A stretch of 64,000 nt of DNA, from the sequence record NC_008515.1, one strand, 5' to 3'. This DNA is from Escherichia phage RB32. The position numbers and the translations under genes were made by a program. The notes below the pieces were generated by a model. It was not told the origin of the DNA. It saw only the letters and a program-made list of their open reading frames with translations, and did not search any database. Below, piece after piece: positions 1-8,390 of the stretch. Every line of letters starts with the position of its first letter. Positions within the stretch are counted from its first letter, which is position 1.

Positions 1-1297
1 GCTTATTAAATAATGGAATGTACTTTTTAATAATAGCACCTTTAATACCAGAATCTTTGAGCATATCAGTCAAAATTCCTCGGTGGTATTTTTCCATTAC
101 TAAATTAGTTTTTGTCTTAACAATTTTATCAAGTTCTTCTTGAAGCAGTGCTATTTCATCAGCATGGTCAATAAATTCAGAAGATGCTTTTTCTATAGCC
201 GCTTTAACTTTTTTAGCTTTATCTACCGTCGTGATTAGAGATTGCTTTTTATTGCGAATATCATTTGCCAACGTCTGCTGGGTTTTAATATTATCTCGGT
301 ATTCATCAACAAGAACTTTTAAATTATCACGATGTGTTGAAAGCTGTTCAAATGAATGTGTGCATTCAGAAACTTTATCTTTAATTTTAGAAACAACTTT
401 ATCACCGGAACTTAATTGTGACAAACAGGTTGGACATAATCCACCTTCGTGATACATATTAATGACTTTATTATACGAGTCAATTTTTGATTTAATTAAA
501 ACTGCTTCTTGACCGATTTTATTAAATGCATCAGTAGGGTCTTCATCCAAAACAATATTAACTAATCTTTCATTAGCTTCTTCTATTTCCGATTTTAGCG
601 TTCTAGCTTCTTTTGCCAAATCATCATACATATTTTGCAGACGAGTAAGGTTGTCACCCGTTAATTTTTTCTGGCGTTCAACGTTATCATTATATATTTT
701 AATTTGTTGGATAATACTATCTTTTTTAACATCAAGCACTTGGTTTTGTGAATTTAATTCACGTATTAGTGCTTTATTAAGCTTATCCATTTCAGCTAAT
801 GTTCCTACCTCAAGCAGGTCTTCCACAAGCTTTCTTCGCGCAGGGGTCGACAAACCCATGAAAGGGGTATACCCTGCTGTACCAAGGACAACAATCTGCT
901 TGAAACTGGCATATGACATTCCGATAAGCTGTTCAAATTCTGCTTGGAAATCTTTACTGCTGGCAGATTCATTAAGACGTGTACCGTTAATGGTGATTTC
1001 AAAAACGTTCGGTTTTTGTCCTCTTTTGATATAGTACTTTTTCTCATCATATTCCATCCACAGTTCAACTAAAAGTTCTTTCTTATTTGTGCTGTTTATT
1101 AATTGACCTTTCTTTACATCACGAAATGGCTTACCAAAAAGCCCAAATGTGATGGCTTCTAACATAGTAGACTTACCACCGCCATTTCGTCCAGTAATAA
1201 GAGTTTTTTGAACCTTATCTAATTGAATGTCAATAGGATTTCCACCTACTGACATTATATTTTGATACCTAACTCGGTTTAGTTTAAAATTCTTCAC
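1..1297 (-). CDS. 46: Recombination endonuclease subunit gp46 (SbcC/Rad50-like ATPase), partial; C-terminus lies beyond window start
   Basis: Uninterrupted minus-strand frame; translation matches T4 gp46 as recalled (VKNFKLNRVRYQNIMSVGGNPIDIQL..GRNGGGKSTMLEAITFGLFG Walker A). Apparent GTG start at 1297, so absent from the ATG-only ORF track. Confidence 0.9.
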   Translation of the reverse strand, partial: MKNFKLNRVRYQNIMSVGGNPIDIQLDKVQKTLITGRNGGGKSTMLEAITFGLFGKPFRDVKKGQLINSTNKKELLVELWMEYDEKKYYIKRGQKPNVFEITINGTRLNESASSKDFQAEFEQLIGMSYASFKQIVVLGTAGYTPFMGLSTPARRKLVEDLLEVGTLAEMDKLNKALIRELNSQNQVLDVKKDSIIQQIKIYNDNVERQKKLTGDNLTRLQNMYDDLAKEARTLKSEIEEANERLVNIVLDEDPTDAFNKIGQEAVLIKSKIDSYNKVINMYHEGGLCPTCLSQLSSGDKVVSKIKDKVSECTHSFEQLSTHRDNLKVLVDEYRDNIKTQQTLANDIRNKKQSLITTVDKAKKVKAAIEKASSEFIDHADEIALLQEELDKIVKTKTNLVMEKYHRGILTDMLKDSGIKGAIIKKYIPLFNK

Positions 1298-1557
1298 AAA
1301 AGATTCCTTTTAATGTATCTTTTAGACCATTCTATCATATCATCATAATCTAAAAAGTATTCATCAAATTCAGCCATGCAAACAACACCTTGTGCTGTTT
1401 TTGATGTAATATAAATTATTCCAACATATCTAGAATCTTCTTCGGTATAATCAATGTTTGCTATGAATTCATCATTAATGTCAAATGTCGAAAACTTCAC
1501 AGTATGCATCCTTAATACAAGATACGGCCATATCTCGCAATGATTTAGGTGTGTCAT
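1294..1557 (-). CDS. Hypothetical small protein (between genes 46 and 47); true start may be the internal Met at 1509
   Basis: 87-aa ORF in track, stop abuts gp46 start; overlaps next ORF by 77 nt, so the shorter start is likely. Confidence 0.5.
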   Translation of the reverse strand: MTHLNHCEIWPYLVLRMHTVKFSTFDINDEFIANIDYTEEDSRYVGIIYITSKTAQGVVCMAEFDEYFLDYDDMIEWSKRYIKRNLL

Positions 1558-1744
1558 TATCTAAAATGTTGAAGTTAAAAGATACAGCCCAGTCAGTGCA
1601 GACCGTGACCTTTTTAATACAATTATCTTCAACCTCTAGCGGTTCAAACCAATATTCAATAATTTCTTTATGACCAATATCATCTTTTACTTCGCATTCA
1701 AAATGCTGACTCATCATAACATTTTTAAATTCATCAAAAGTCAT
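1481..1744 (-). CDS. Hypothetical small protein (between genes 46 and 47)
   Basis: 87-aa ORF; start codon overlaps gp47 stop (ATGA-type coupling). Confidence 0.6.
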   Translation of the reverse strand: MTFDEFKNVMMSQHFECEVKDDIGHKEIIEYWFEPLEVEDNCIKKVTVCTDWAVSFNFNILDNDTPKSLRDMAVSCIKDAYCEVFDI

Positions 1745-2760
1745 TGTGTTGCCTCTACATATAGCTGATTTGCATATTGAATAAGTGCTTCACGGTCAGA
1801 ATCAGTGATGTCTGGAATTGCATTAATGTATTCTTCCATCAACGTCTGAAGAGATTGAACTTCAACTTCTTCACTGTCATCTGACTCGACAGAGTTATCA
1901 ATTTTTGACACAACTCGTAATGAATGCACAACTTTTTCTAGTTCAGATTCGAACTTCGTTAGATTTTTGTCTACCTCAATTACTATAACACGTACTGATA
2001 GATTTGTAAAATCTTTATAGTCAATTTTTCCTTTAAATGGATAATGAATTCTACGATGCCAGGTAGTATTGTTTGGAATAAATTCCATTCGTTCTGTTTC
2101 TGTATCAAACATCCAGAACCCGCGAGGGTCATTCTCGTCACCTGCAGTTAGTGTCCATGGTGTCCCAATATATCTGACGTTTGCAGCCTCAGAAATAGTA
2201 TGGAAGTGACCAGACCACACTTCTTTATAAGTCTTAAGGAAATCAGGTTCAAGACCGTGAGATTTCATTCCTTTATAAAAATAAAATCCATTCAGTTCCC
2301 AGTGACCGACGCAAAAAGAAGCAGATGAAGTTTTGATGTGCTCAAGAATTTCACCAGTATTTTCTTCACACATCCAAGGAATTAAATCAATTAAACATCC
2401 GTCAAAATCTACTGTAGTAGGCTTATCATATACTTTAACATTAGGATATTTAGCCAAAAGCTCAGTAGAGGCATTTGGAGTTAAAGTATTTTTAAAGTGC
2501 ATATCATGGTTTCCTACAACAGTATGTAGGGTAATACCAGCATCATCAAGCATTTGAACTATTTCACGAGCGAACTCCATAGTTTTATGCGTGATTGCTT
2601 TTCGCACATCAAAAATATCGCCATATTGAATCCAGGTAGTAATTCCATTTTTCTTAGAATATTCTATGGCTTGTTTAATTCCATCCAACTGAATGGATTG
2701 AACCCACTCATCATCGGCTTTAACGCCTAAATGCCAATCACCTAAATTTAAAATTTTCAT
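1741..2760 (-). CDS. 47: Recombination endonuclease subunit gp47 (Mre11/SbcD-like phosphoesterase)
   Basis: 339 aa; MKILNLGDWHLG..GNHD calcineurin-like phosphoesterase motifs; matches T4 gp47 length and sequence as recalled. Confidence 0.95.
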   Translation of the reverse strand: MKILNLGDWHLGVKADDEWVQSIQLDGIKQAIEYSKKNGITTWIQYGDIFDVRKAITHKTMEFAREIVQMLDDAGITLHTVVGNHDMHFKNTLTPNASTELLAKYPNVKVYDKPTTVDFDGCLIDLIPWMCEENTGEILEHIKTSSASFCVGHWELNGFYFYKGMKSHGLEPDFLKTYKEVWSGHFHTISEAANVRYIGTPWTLTAGDENDPRGFWMFDTETERMEFIPNNTTWHRRIHYPFKGKIDYKDFTNLSVRVIVIEVDKNLTKFESELEKVVHSLRVVSKIDNSVESDDSEEVEVQSLQTLMEEYINAIPDITDSDREALIQYANQLYVEATQ

Positions 2761-2897
2761 ATATCAAGAACCGTCATTGAAATGCAAAATAAAATTATTG
2801 AAATAAATCCATCTGGAGTGCTAAAGAACCCAATCCAACATGCTCTAGTGAATAGATAAAATGCAAGAAAAAGTATCACATATCCAAGAAATATCAT
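2757..2897 (-). CDS. Small hydrophobic (membrane) protein, 46 aa
   Basis: Own translation MIFLGYVILFLAFYLFTRACWIGFFSTPDGFISIILFCISMTVLDI; stop overlaps gp47 start; below ORF-track size cutoff. Confidence 0.45.
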   Translation of the reverse strand: MIFLGYVILFLAFYLFTRACWIGFFSTPDGFISIILFCISMTVLDI

Positions 2898-2920
2898 TAT
2901 ATCAAACTCCGTATAAAGCT

Positions 2921-2938
2921 AAAGGGCCGAAGCCCTTT
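2921..2938 (-). terminator. Stem-loop terminator (UUCG tetraloop on transcript) at a-gt 3' end
   Basis: AAAGGGC-CGAA-GCCCTTT inverted repeat on plus strand, overlapping a-gt stop codon. Confidence 0.55.
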
Positions 2939-4139
2939 ATTTTGTAATAATGTCAAATTGCTCTTTAAAGCAGAAGCTTGAATCTTGATGCTGATACAAA
3001 AATTCATATGCTTTTTCTCGCTCACGGTCATAAAGAGCTCGGTCAGATGACAGTTCTTTAATACGCTCGAATGTTGATTCCATGTCATTTTCATCAAACC
3101 AAATGATACCGCTATCATGCGAGGTCAAAGGAGTATTATCAACACGGAATTTCAAATTATCACCCGTTGATTTCCAGAAAACAGGAATTGTACCGCAAGC
3201 ACCAAGCTCGAGATGAGTATATTCTAAAGAACGTTGTAGATATTTTTTGTCCAACTTACTCAACTGATAACCAAATCCGGATTTACTCATGCGTTCAAGC
3301 ATTTCGCTATTTACATAACGGTCAAGAATTTGCGTTGGCAAATTAGGAGCAATTTTAATTTGGTCTACTTGATGAAGACGATAATACTCGTATGGAATTC
3401 CTTTTTCTTTAATAGGAATGAACGCTGGAGAACGTTCCAGACCTTCCATAATAGTACTTAGTCCTGCAGGTTTAAGATGTTTTTCATGAAAATCAAACAT
3501 CTGATAAAAACCTTTCCATGTAGTCGTACGACCAATCCAACGGTTGATATTCATGTTAATTTCAGAAACATCTTTCCAGTAGGTTGATCTAACCTTCGCA
3601 ATATCCATAGGAGGCTGAAAGTTATATACTGTCGGCGCTTCTTCAATATCATCAAACAAAGAAACTGTTTCAGGATACCATTCTTTCATCAGAACTTTAT
3701 TAAAATCGCCATTATCAGAATGACTAAAAATAACATCAGCTCGACGAACAGTTTCTTCTAATCCCAAATTTCGACGCAAAGAAAGAGAAGAATGGTCATG
3801 TTGATAAACTACAACACGAACCGAAGGTTTAATGTTATCAATAATTTTTTTATAGTTATTAATTGTGTCTTCTTCAACTGAAGTAGCAGGAACTGAATTG
3901 ATAATTAGAATATCACAATCATTTACCAGCTTAAGCGTTTTATCGTATTCTTTTGCCAATAAAACCGGAATTGAAAATGATTTATAATCATGCGCACAGT
4001 TACGAGTAAATGATTTATCTTTAGCATAAACCAAAGTTACTTCATGACCATTTTTAATAAACCAATCACGCTGCTCAAGAGAAAATTTAGTTACACCGCA
4101 ACCTTCAAGACCTCGAGCCATAAAAATACATACTTTCAT
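2937..4139 (-). CDS. a-gt: DNA alpha-glucosyltransferase
   Basis: 400 aa; near-identical to T4 alpha-glucosyltransferase as recalled (MKVCIFMARGLEGCGVTKFSLEQRDWFIKNGHEVTLVYAKDKSF..). Confidence 0.95.
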   Translation of the reverse strand: MKVCIFMARGLEGCGVTKFSLEQRDWFIKNGHEVTLVYAKDKSFTRNCAHDYKSFSIPVLLAKEYDKTLKLVNDCDILIINSVPATSVEEDTINNYKKIIDNIKPSVRVVVYQHDHSSLSLRRNLGLEETVRRADVIFSHSDNGDFNKVLMKEWYPETVSLFDDIEEAPTVYNFQPPMDIAKVRSTYWKDVSEINMNINRWIGRTTTWKGFYQMFDFHEKHLKPAGLSTIMEGLERSPAFIPIKEKGIPYEYYRLHQVDQIKIAPNLPTQILDRYVNSEMLERMSKSGFGYQLSKLDKKYLQRSLEYTHLELGACGTIPVFWKSTGDNLKFRVDNTPLTSHDSGIIWFDENDMESTFERIKELSSDRALYDREREKAYEFLYQHQDSSFCFKEQFDIITK

Positions 4140-4189
4140 TTAATATCCTCATTGTTTTGGTTTATTTTACCAAAAATTTATAAAGCAAT

Positions 4190-4209
4190 ATAGGAGCCGA
4201 AGCTCCTAT
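4190..4209 (-). terminator. Stem-loop terminator (UUCG tetraloop)
   Basis: TAGGAGC-CGAA-GCTCCTA inverted repeat. Confidence 0.55.
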
Positions 4210-4379
4210 CCGCATAATACGCCATACAAAGGCTCGTTAGAGCTTCTAAATTTTATACGCTTATATGTTATAGTTCCTTCTGCTTTAGCTTTATCATGAG
4301 ACTCTTTAAAGCGTCTCATCATTTCTACTTTAGAGGAACGAATTTTATTATAATCTATTTCAGAAGTCTGGGTGTTCAT
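4206..4379 (-). CDS. Hypothetical small protein, 57 aa
   Basis: Own translation MNTQTSEIDYNKIRSSKVEMMRRFKESHDKAKAEGTITYKRIKFRSSNEPLYGVLCG; fills the gap between a-gt and the next ORF. Confidence 0.4.
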   Translation of the reverse strand: MNTQTSEIDYNKIRSSKVEMMRRFKESHDKAKAEGTITYKRIKFRSSNEPLYGVLCG

Positions 4380-4382
4380 CTT

Positions 4383-4589
4383 TCACAGTTGCCACCATTT
4401 TTTGACTTGATAAGAATCAACCCACACTTTCATATTAGGGTCTGCTCTTACAATAGGAGGATTAACTTCTTTAATTGAACTATCATGGTATTCTTTTTCA
4501 GAAATTTTCACACAAAGATGACCATTCAAAGATTCAGTAAATCCTGCATTAATTTTAAGACGCTTGAATTTTACGTGTGTAAGCATCAA
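4383..4589 (-). CDS. Hypothetical small protein
   Basis: 68-aa ORF in the compact minus-strand early gene array. Confidence 0.5.
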   Translation of the reverse strand: MMLTHVKFKRLKINAGFTESLNGHLCVKISEKEYHDSSIKEVNPPIVRADPNMKVWVDSYQVKKWWQL

Positions 4590-4872
4590 TCATATCCTCA
4601 ATCTGCGATCTAGTAGTCTTCCAAAGAATACTGATGAGTTCATCGTTATATGGCTGTTTTAGAATATCCCGACTTTTCTTGATAGCATATTCGTATTGAG
4701 CAAAATTATTATTTTCAGCTGCAATCTGAGCGTGCTTATAAAGACGATTCAGTTCGCGTTTGTTTTTAGACAATAACTTATTTGCTTTTCTTTCTGCTTC
4801 AAGACGGTTCTTTTCTTCAATAGAAGAAATAAGCTTTTCCACTTCATCATTAATTTCGGGTTTATCAGTCAT
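4555..4872 (-). CDS. Hypothetical protein, helical/charged
   Basis: 105-aa ORF, tightly packed with neighbours. Confidence 0.6.
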   Translation of the reverse strand: MTDKPEINDEVEKLISSIEEKNRLEAERKANKLLSKNKRELNRLYKHAQIAAENNNFAQYEYAIKKSRDILKQPYNDELISILWKTTRSQIEDMIDAYTRKIQAS

Positions 4873-4873
4873 A

Positions 4874-5092
4874 TTATTTCTCTAATATAAAATAAAAATC
4901 ATCATCTGTTAAATGATACCGATAGTTTAATTCTACACCATTAGATTTAAAAGCGGTATCATACGGATTTTCTGGATCAATATCAATGTCAAGAGCTAAA
5001 ACTTCCCTGAGATACATTTTAAGTAAATAGGGAATAGCTTCAACTTCAGGTATTTCTTCCAAGAATCCGGAGAGGTTAATCGTTAGCCTCAT
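4874..5092 (-). CDS. Hypothetical small acidic protein
   Basis: 72-aa ORF immediately downstream of gene 55. Confidence 0.55.
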
Positions 5093-5633
5093 ATAAAAAA
5101 TCCAAACTAGGAGAATCGTCTACAACACTTTTCTTTTCAGCCCCCGGTGTTCTATAGGTTGATTCTTCGTAATGCGTCATTTTATCGTAGATGTCTTGAA
5201 TAAAAGTTTCATCTACTAACGCAACCATATCGTCGTCACGGCTGTCATAGACATTGTGAACGAAGTAACTATATTTCTTTGCAACTTCCTTACGTTCTTT
5301 TTTAATACGTTGGACGAATGCATTAAAACAAGCTTGAGTTATATACGCATGTGGGTTTTTATATTTCGTTTCATCAAAATTATGAAGCCCCTTAATAGAA
5401 GCTTCTATACCATCTGCAATCATTTCTTGTTTCCAAGACTGGGTGTATCCTGAAAAGTTGAAACGTTTAGATAAGCCTTCTGCAATAAGCATAATGGCTA
5501 ATCCGATAGTATCATTCTGACGAACTACTTTATTTGGGTCTTTATTATTTGCTAATTCTGTTTTCCAATCAATAATAGCTTGTAAAAGCTCTTTATTGTT
5601 TACGTAATTATATTTAGGCTTAGTTTCTGACAT
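5076..5633 (-). CDS. 55: Late-transcription sigma factor gp55
   Basis: 185 aa from [24 protein letters not shown]..; matches T4 gp55 as recalled (ORF track gives a 2-codon longer start at 5639). Confidence 0.95.
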
Positions 5634-5715
5634 TTTCACCTCTTAGCTCAATTCATAGATCTATTATATCATAATATTTGAAGATCTATCTTAAAGCACA
5701 GAGGATGAATCAATT

Positions 5716-5937
5716 TCAAGCATTCATCAGCTTAGCTGCTCCAAGAGCTGCATCTAGTGAATCAAATTGGTCAACATATTCAATCAATTCGCCGTAATTA
5801 GCATATAACCACCATTGGCTAAATTCATACTCAAGGATGAATCCATTTCCTTCAATTTGAGTTAAACCAATGCCATTTGTATTTACTTCATATCCGGCAA
5901 GACGCAAATCGTTAATAAGAGCTTCGTTCATATTCAT
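5716..5937 (-). CDS. Hypothetical small protein
   Basis: 73-aa ORF. Confidence 0.55.
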   Translation of the reverse strand: MNMNEALINDLRLAGYEVNTNGIGLTQIEGNGFILEYEFSQWWLYANYGELIEYVDQFDSLDAALGAAKLMNA

Positions 5938-6260
5938 ACCTTAGCAATTTTCAGGTCTGTAAATTTTTTCTTGCGTTGATTTTTCATGCGACGAATAGTC
6001 TTATCGGAAATTTCATGCTTTTGATAAGCTTTAGATTCTACACCAAAAGCTTTAACATCAAATTCTGACAAGATATATTGAACCAGCAATTCACGGACAG
6101 TATTGCGTCCAATCTTCTGATCATTTTGTTTCATCGTCTGATGAAGCTCTTTTTCCCATTTATCCAAAATTTGAGGAGTTACAATATCGCCTTTTTCTAG
6201 CAAAGAAACTACTTTATCATATGCGTAAGAATTAATGACGTTTTTAATTTGAATAGTCAC
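5934..6260 (-). CDS. Hypothetical protein
   Basis: 108-aa ORF, start overlapped by the downstream gene stop. Confidence 0.6.
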   Translation of the reverse strand: MTIQIKNVINSYAYDKVVSLLEKGDIVTPQILDKWEKELHQTMKQNDQKIGRNTVRELLVQYILSEFDVKAFGVESKAYQKHEISDKTIRRMKNQRKKKFTDLKIAKV

Positions 6261-6299
6261 ACATTATCCTCAATTACGTTAAAAATTTTATTATCCAAA

Positions 6300-6315
6300 A
6301 AGGGCCGAAGCCCTT
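6300..6315 (-). terminator. Stem-loop terminator (UUCG tetraloop)
   Basis: AAGGGC-CGAA-GCCCTT inverted repeat overlapping the stop of the 6314..6514 ORF. Confidence 0.5.
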
Positions 6316-6514
6316 AGCTAAACTTTTTGGCACCCTTCCAGCCTTCATACATCATTGCGGCTGATATTAATATTGCTCCTGAGCAACTTGAATATTTGTG
6401 ATTCCAAAACCAGTTTAGAAAAACTTCATCATCAATACCTTGGGCTATCATATTTTCAAAGAACTGACGACGAGCTTCGGCAATTCGCTGCGATAATTTA
6501 GATTCAGGATTCAT
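6314..6514 (-). CDS. Hypothetical small protein
   Basis: 66-aa ORF. Confidence 0.5.
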   Translation of the reverse strand: MNPESKLSQRIAEARRQFFENMIAQGIDDEVFLNWFWNHKYSSCSGAILISAAMMYEGWKGAKKFS

Positions 6515-6646
6515 TTAAATTTCCCAATTGCCATTTTCATCAATAAATTTAATCCAGTCATTTACTGACCACTTGGTCGTATCGCCTTTTGGAGTAACAT
6601 TTAAAGTGTATAGCCCTTGCTTAAAAAGCATTCGTTTGATATTCAT
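6515..6646 (-). CDS. Hypothetical small protein (43 aa from internal Met)
   Basis: Non-overlapping part of the 71-aa track ORF 6515..6730. Confidence 0.35.
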   Translation of the reverse strand: MNIKRMLFKQGLYTLNVTPKGDTTKWSVNDWIKFIDENGNWEI

Positions 6647-6653
6647 AATTTCC

Positions 6654-6947
6654 TCAGCTATAACGATAACACTCGTTTGATTTACGTTTAGCAACTCGTT
6701 GAGAAGTATTATAATCAAAATCATCGTCAATGTAAACTGATTTTTTCAACTTTCTTACTTCACCGCGTAATTGACGATTTAGCTCATCTTTAACTTCTGA
6801 ATCAATGCCTTTCATTCTACGCCATTTATCTGAGCGAAAAATGTTTTCAACCATATCTTTATGACTTACACCATCAGGAGCTTTACGCTTTCCGAAATAG
6901 TCATAATCACGCACTTTTAAGTCTTTACGACGATACGTTTTACCCAT
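6654..6947 (-). CDS. Hypothetical basic protein (97 aa from MGKTYRRKDLK..)
   Basis: Trimmed from 112-aa track ORF to avoid overlap; Lys/Arg-rich. Confidence 0.5.
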   Translation of the reverse strand: MGKTYRRKDLKVRDYDYFGKRKAPDGVSHKDMVENIFRSDKWRRMKGIDSEVKDELNRQLRGEVRKLKKSVYIDDDFDYNTSQRVAKRKSNECYRYS

Positions 6948-7122
6948 GGAGTTTAATTTCCTTAGCAACTGAACTAAATACAGCACGGTCACAAATCATG
7001 TGTTTATGTAACTTAAGTATAAGATAATAAACATCATAACCATTTACGTAAGTAACGCGAACAGCATTACCATTAATAAGATAATACTGTCCCTTTTTAA
7101 TTTCTTTATCAATCATAACCAT
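6940..7122 (-). CDS. Hypothetical small protein
   Basis: 60-aa ORF downstream of an early promoter. Confidence 0.45.
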   Translation of the reverse strand: MVMIDKEIKKGQYYLINGNAVRVTYVNGYDVYYLILKLHKHMICDRAVFSSVAKEIKLHG

Positions 7123-7152
7123 ATCAATTCCTCAAAGGCAATTCATGTGTTA

Positions 7153-7182
7153 ATAATACCGCAGTTTGAGCTCGTTGTAAAC
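7153..7182 (-). promoter_or_regulatory. T4-type early promoter (-35 GTTTAC, 18-nt spacer, -10 TATTAT)
   Basis: Minus-strand reading AAAATAATTTTCGCAAAGTTGTTTACAACGAGCTCAAACTGCGGTATTATTAACA with A-rich upstream region. Confidence 0.6.
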
Positions 7183-7262
7183 AACTTTGCGAAAATTATT
7201 TTAGGGAATGATAAGAAAGGAACGATAGCTTAGAATGGTAATATACAGAATGTGAGAAAGAA

Positions 7263-7275
7263 AGGCCCAGAGGGC
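7263..7275 (-). terminator. Stem-loop downstream of nrdH
   Basis: GGCCC-AGA-GGGCC hairpin followed on the transcript by a U-rich run. Confidence 0.45.
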
Positions 7276-7280
7276 CCGTC

Positions 7281-7589
7281 TTAATCTTCTATGATATCTC
7301 TATCATATCCAAGTGAAATGAGAGTTTCTTTGAAGTGTTTAATGTTCTTTTGTCTAGAATCATTAATGAAAATGACTGGATAACGAATGTTAAGAGATGT
7401 GAATCCAGCGCGTTTAGCAAGAGATACAATCAGTGGACGATCATACTCAATCTTACCGTTATTTGTAAGAACTTTATAGAAAGTAAAAGGAGCATTAAGC
7501 TCCTTTAGAAGTTTTGTAACTGATTGACATCCAGGACAACGACCTACTTCATCTGGAATTCCATAGACTTCAATCTTATTTTGTTTCAC
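7281..7589 (-). CDS. nrdH: Glutaredoxin-like protein NrdH
   Basis: 102 aa with CPGC redox motif (GRCPGCQSV); position next to nrdG/nrdD as in T4. Confidence 0.85.
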   Translation of the reverse strand: MKQNKIEVYGIPDEVGRCPGCQSVTKLLKELNAPFTFYKVLTNNGKIEYDRPLIVSLAKRAGFTSLNIRYPVIFINDSRQKNIKHFKETLISLGYDRDIIED

Positions 7590-7591
7590 AA

Positions 7592-7804
7592 CTATTCCTT
7601 ACTAAGAGCAGCATTCAGCTTGTTAGTAATTTTATCCAGACGCTCATTAAACTCACTAGAAGATAAGCCCTTTTCTGGAGAAATCAAACTAATCACGAAA
7701 AATATAGCAATAAAAGGAATAAGGAAAATAGCTCCAACTGCCATAAACAGAAAGAATGTTACAGTTGTAAGAAAATCAGCTAAACCTTTACGAAATTTAT
7801 ACAT
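7592..7804 (-). CDS. Small membrane protein
   Basis: 70-aa ORF with a long hydrophobic stretch (VTFFLFMAVGAIFLIPFIAIFFVISLI). Confidence 0.6.
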   Translation of the reverse strand: MYKFRKGLADFLTTVTFFLFMAVGAIFLIPFIAIFFVISLISPEKGLSSSEFNERLDKITNKLNAALSKE

Positions 7805-7919
7805 ATTTTACCCTTAATTAATTAACCAAGCATTGATAAGCACTAAACTATATTGGGAATAAAATTCTGGACCAAAATGAAAAATCATATCATTTATAGT
7901 ATCCATAATGTAATTCAAT

Positions 7920-8390
7920 TTAATCATGTTTCCACACCCCATCGGTATTTGACCAAAGCCGCTGATTATCTGATCCTCGCCACAGCTTTTTGGTCGGAAG
8001 ATTTTTCTCATACTTCCCATCAATAATAACATCAACATATTTAAGCATTTCTAGTTGTTTAATATCTTCAAACTTATATCCTGTCCACAACCAAATGCTT
8101 TTATTGGGATAAAGATTTTTTACTGTTTGAACAATGCAATGAATAACATCTCGGTTATCAGGATAGAGAGGGTCACCTCCAGTTATAGTCAATCCTTCTA
8201 TATAATCATTATTCAAACATTCAATTAATTGCTCTAGTGTTTCACCAGTGAATGGAATACCATTTCTAGCATTCCATGTTGATTTATTATAACACCCTTC
8301 ACATTTATGCAAACAACCTGTAACGAAAAGAACGGTCCTGCAGCCAGGACCATTAATAAAATCGCAAGGATAAAATCTATCATAATTCAT
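7920..8390 (-). CDS. nrdG: Anaerobic ribonucleotide reductase activating protein (radical SAM)
   Basis: 156 aa; CxxxCxxC motif (GCLHKCEGCYN); matches T4 NrdG length and sequence as recalled. Confidence 0.95.
   Translation of the reverse strand: MNYDRFYPCDFINGPGCRTVLFVTGCLHKCEGCYNKSTWNARNGIPFTGETLEQLIECLNNDYIEGLTITGGDPLYPDNRDVIHCIVQTVKNLYPNKSIWLWTGYKFEDIKQLEMLKYVDVIIDGKYEKNLPTKKLWRGSDNQRLWSNTDGVWKHD

Noticed and set aside
231-1034. Plus-strand ORFs 231..452 and 651..1034
   Set aside because: Antisense to the gp46 coding frame, which matches T4 gp46 throughout; low-complexity translations.
7814-8038. ORF 7814..8038 (-) overlapping the nrdG 3' end
   Set aside because: Mostly an alternative frame of nrdG; only the last about 30 codons lie outside nrdG, too short to call.
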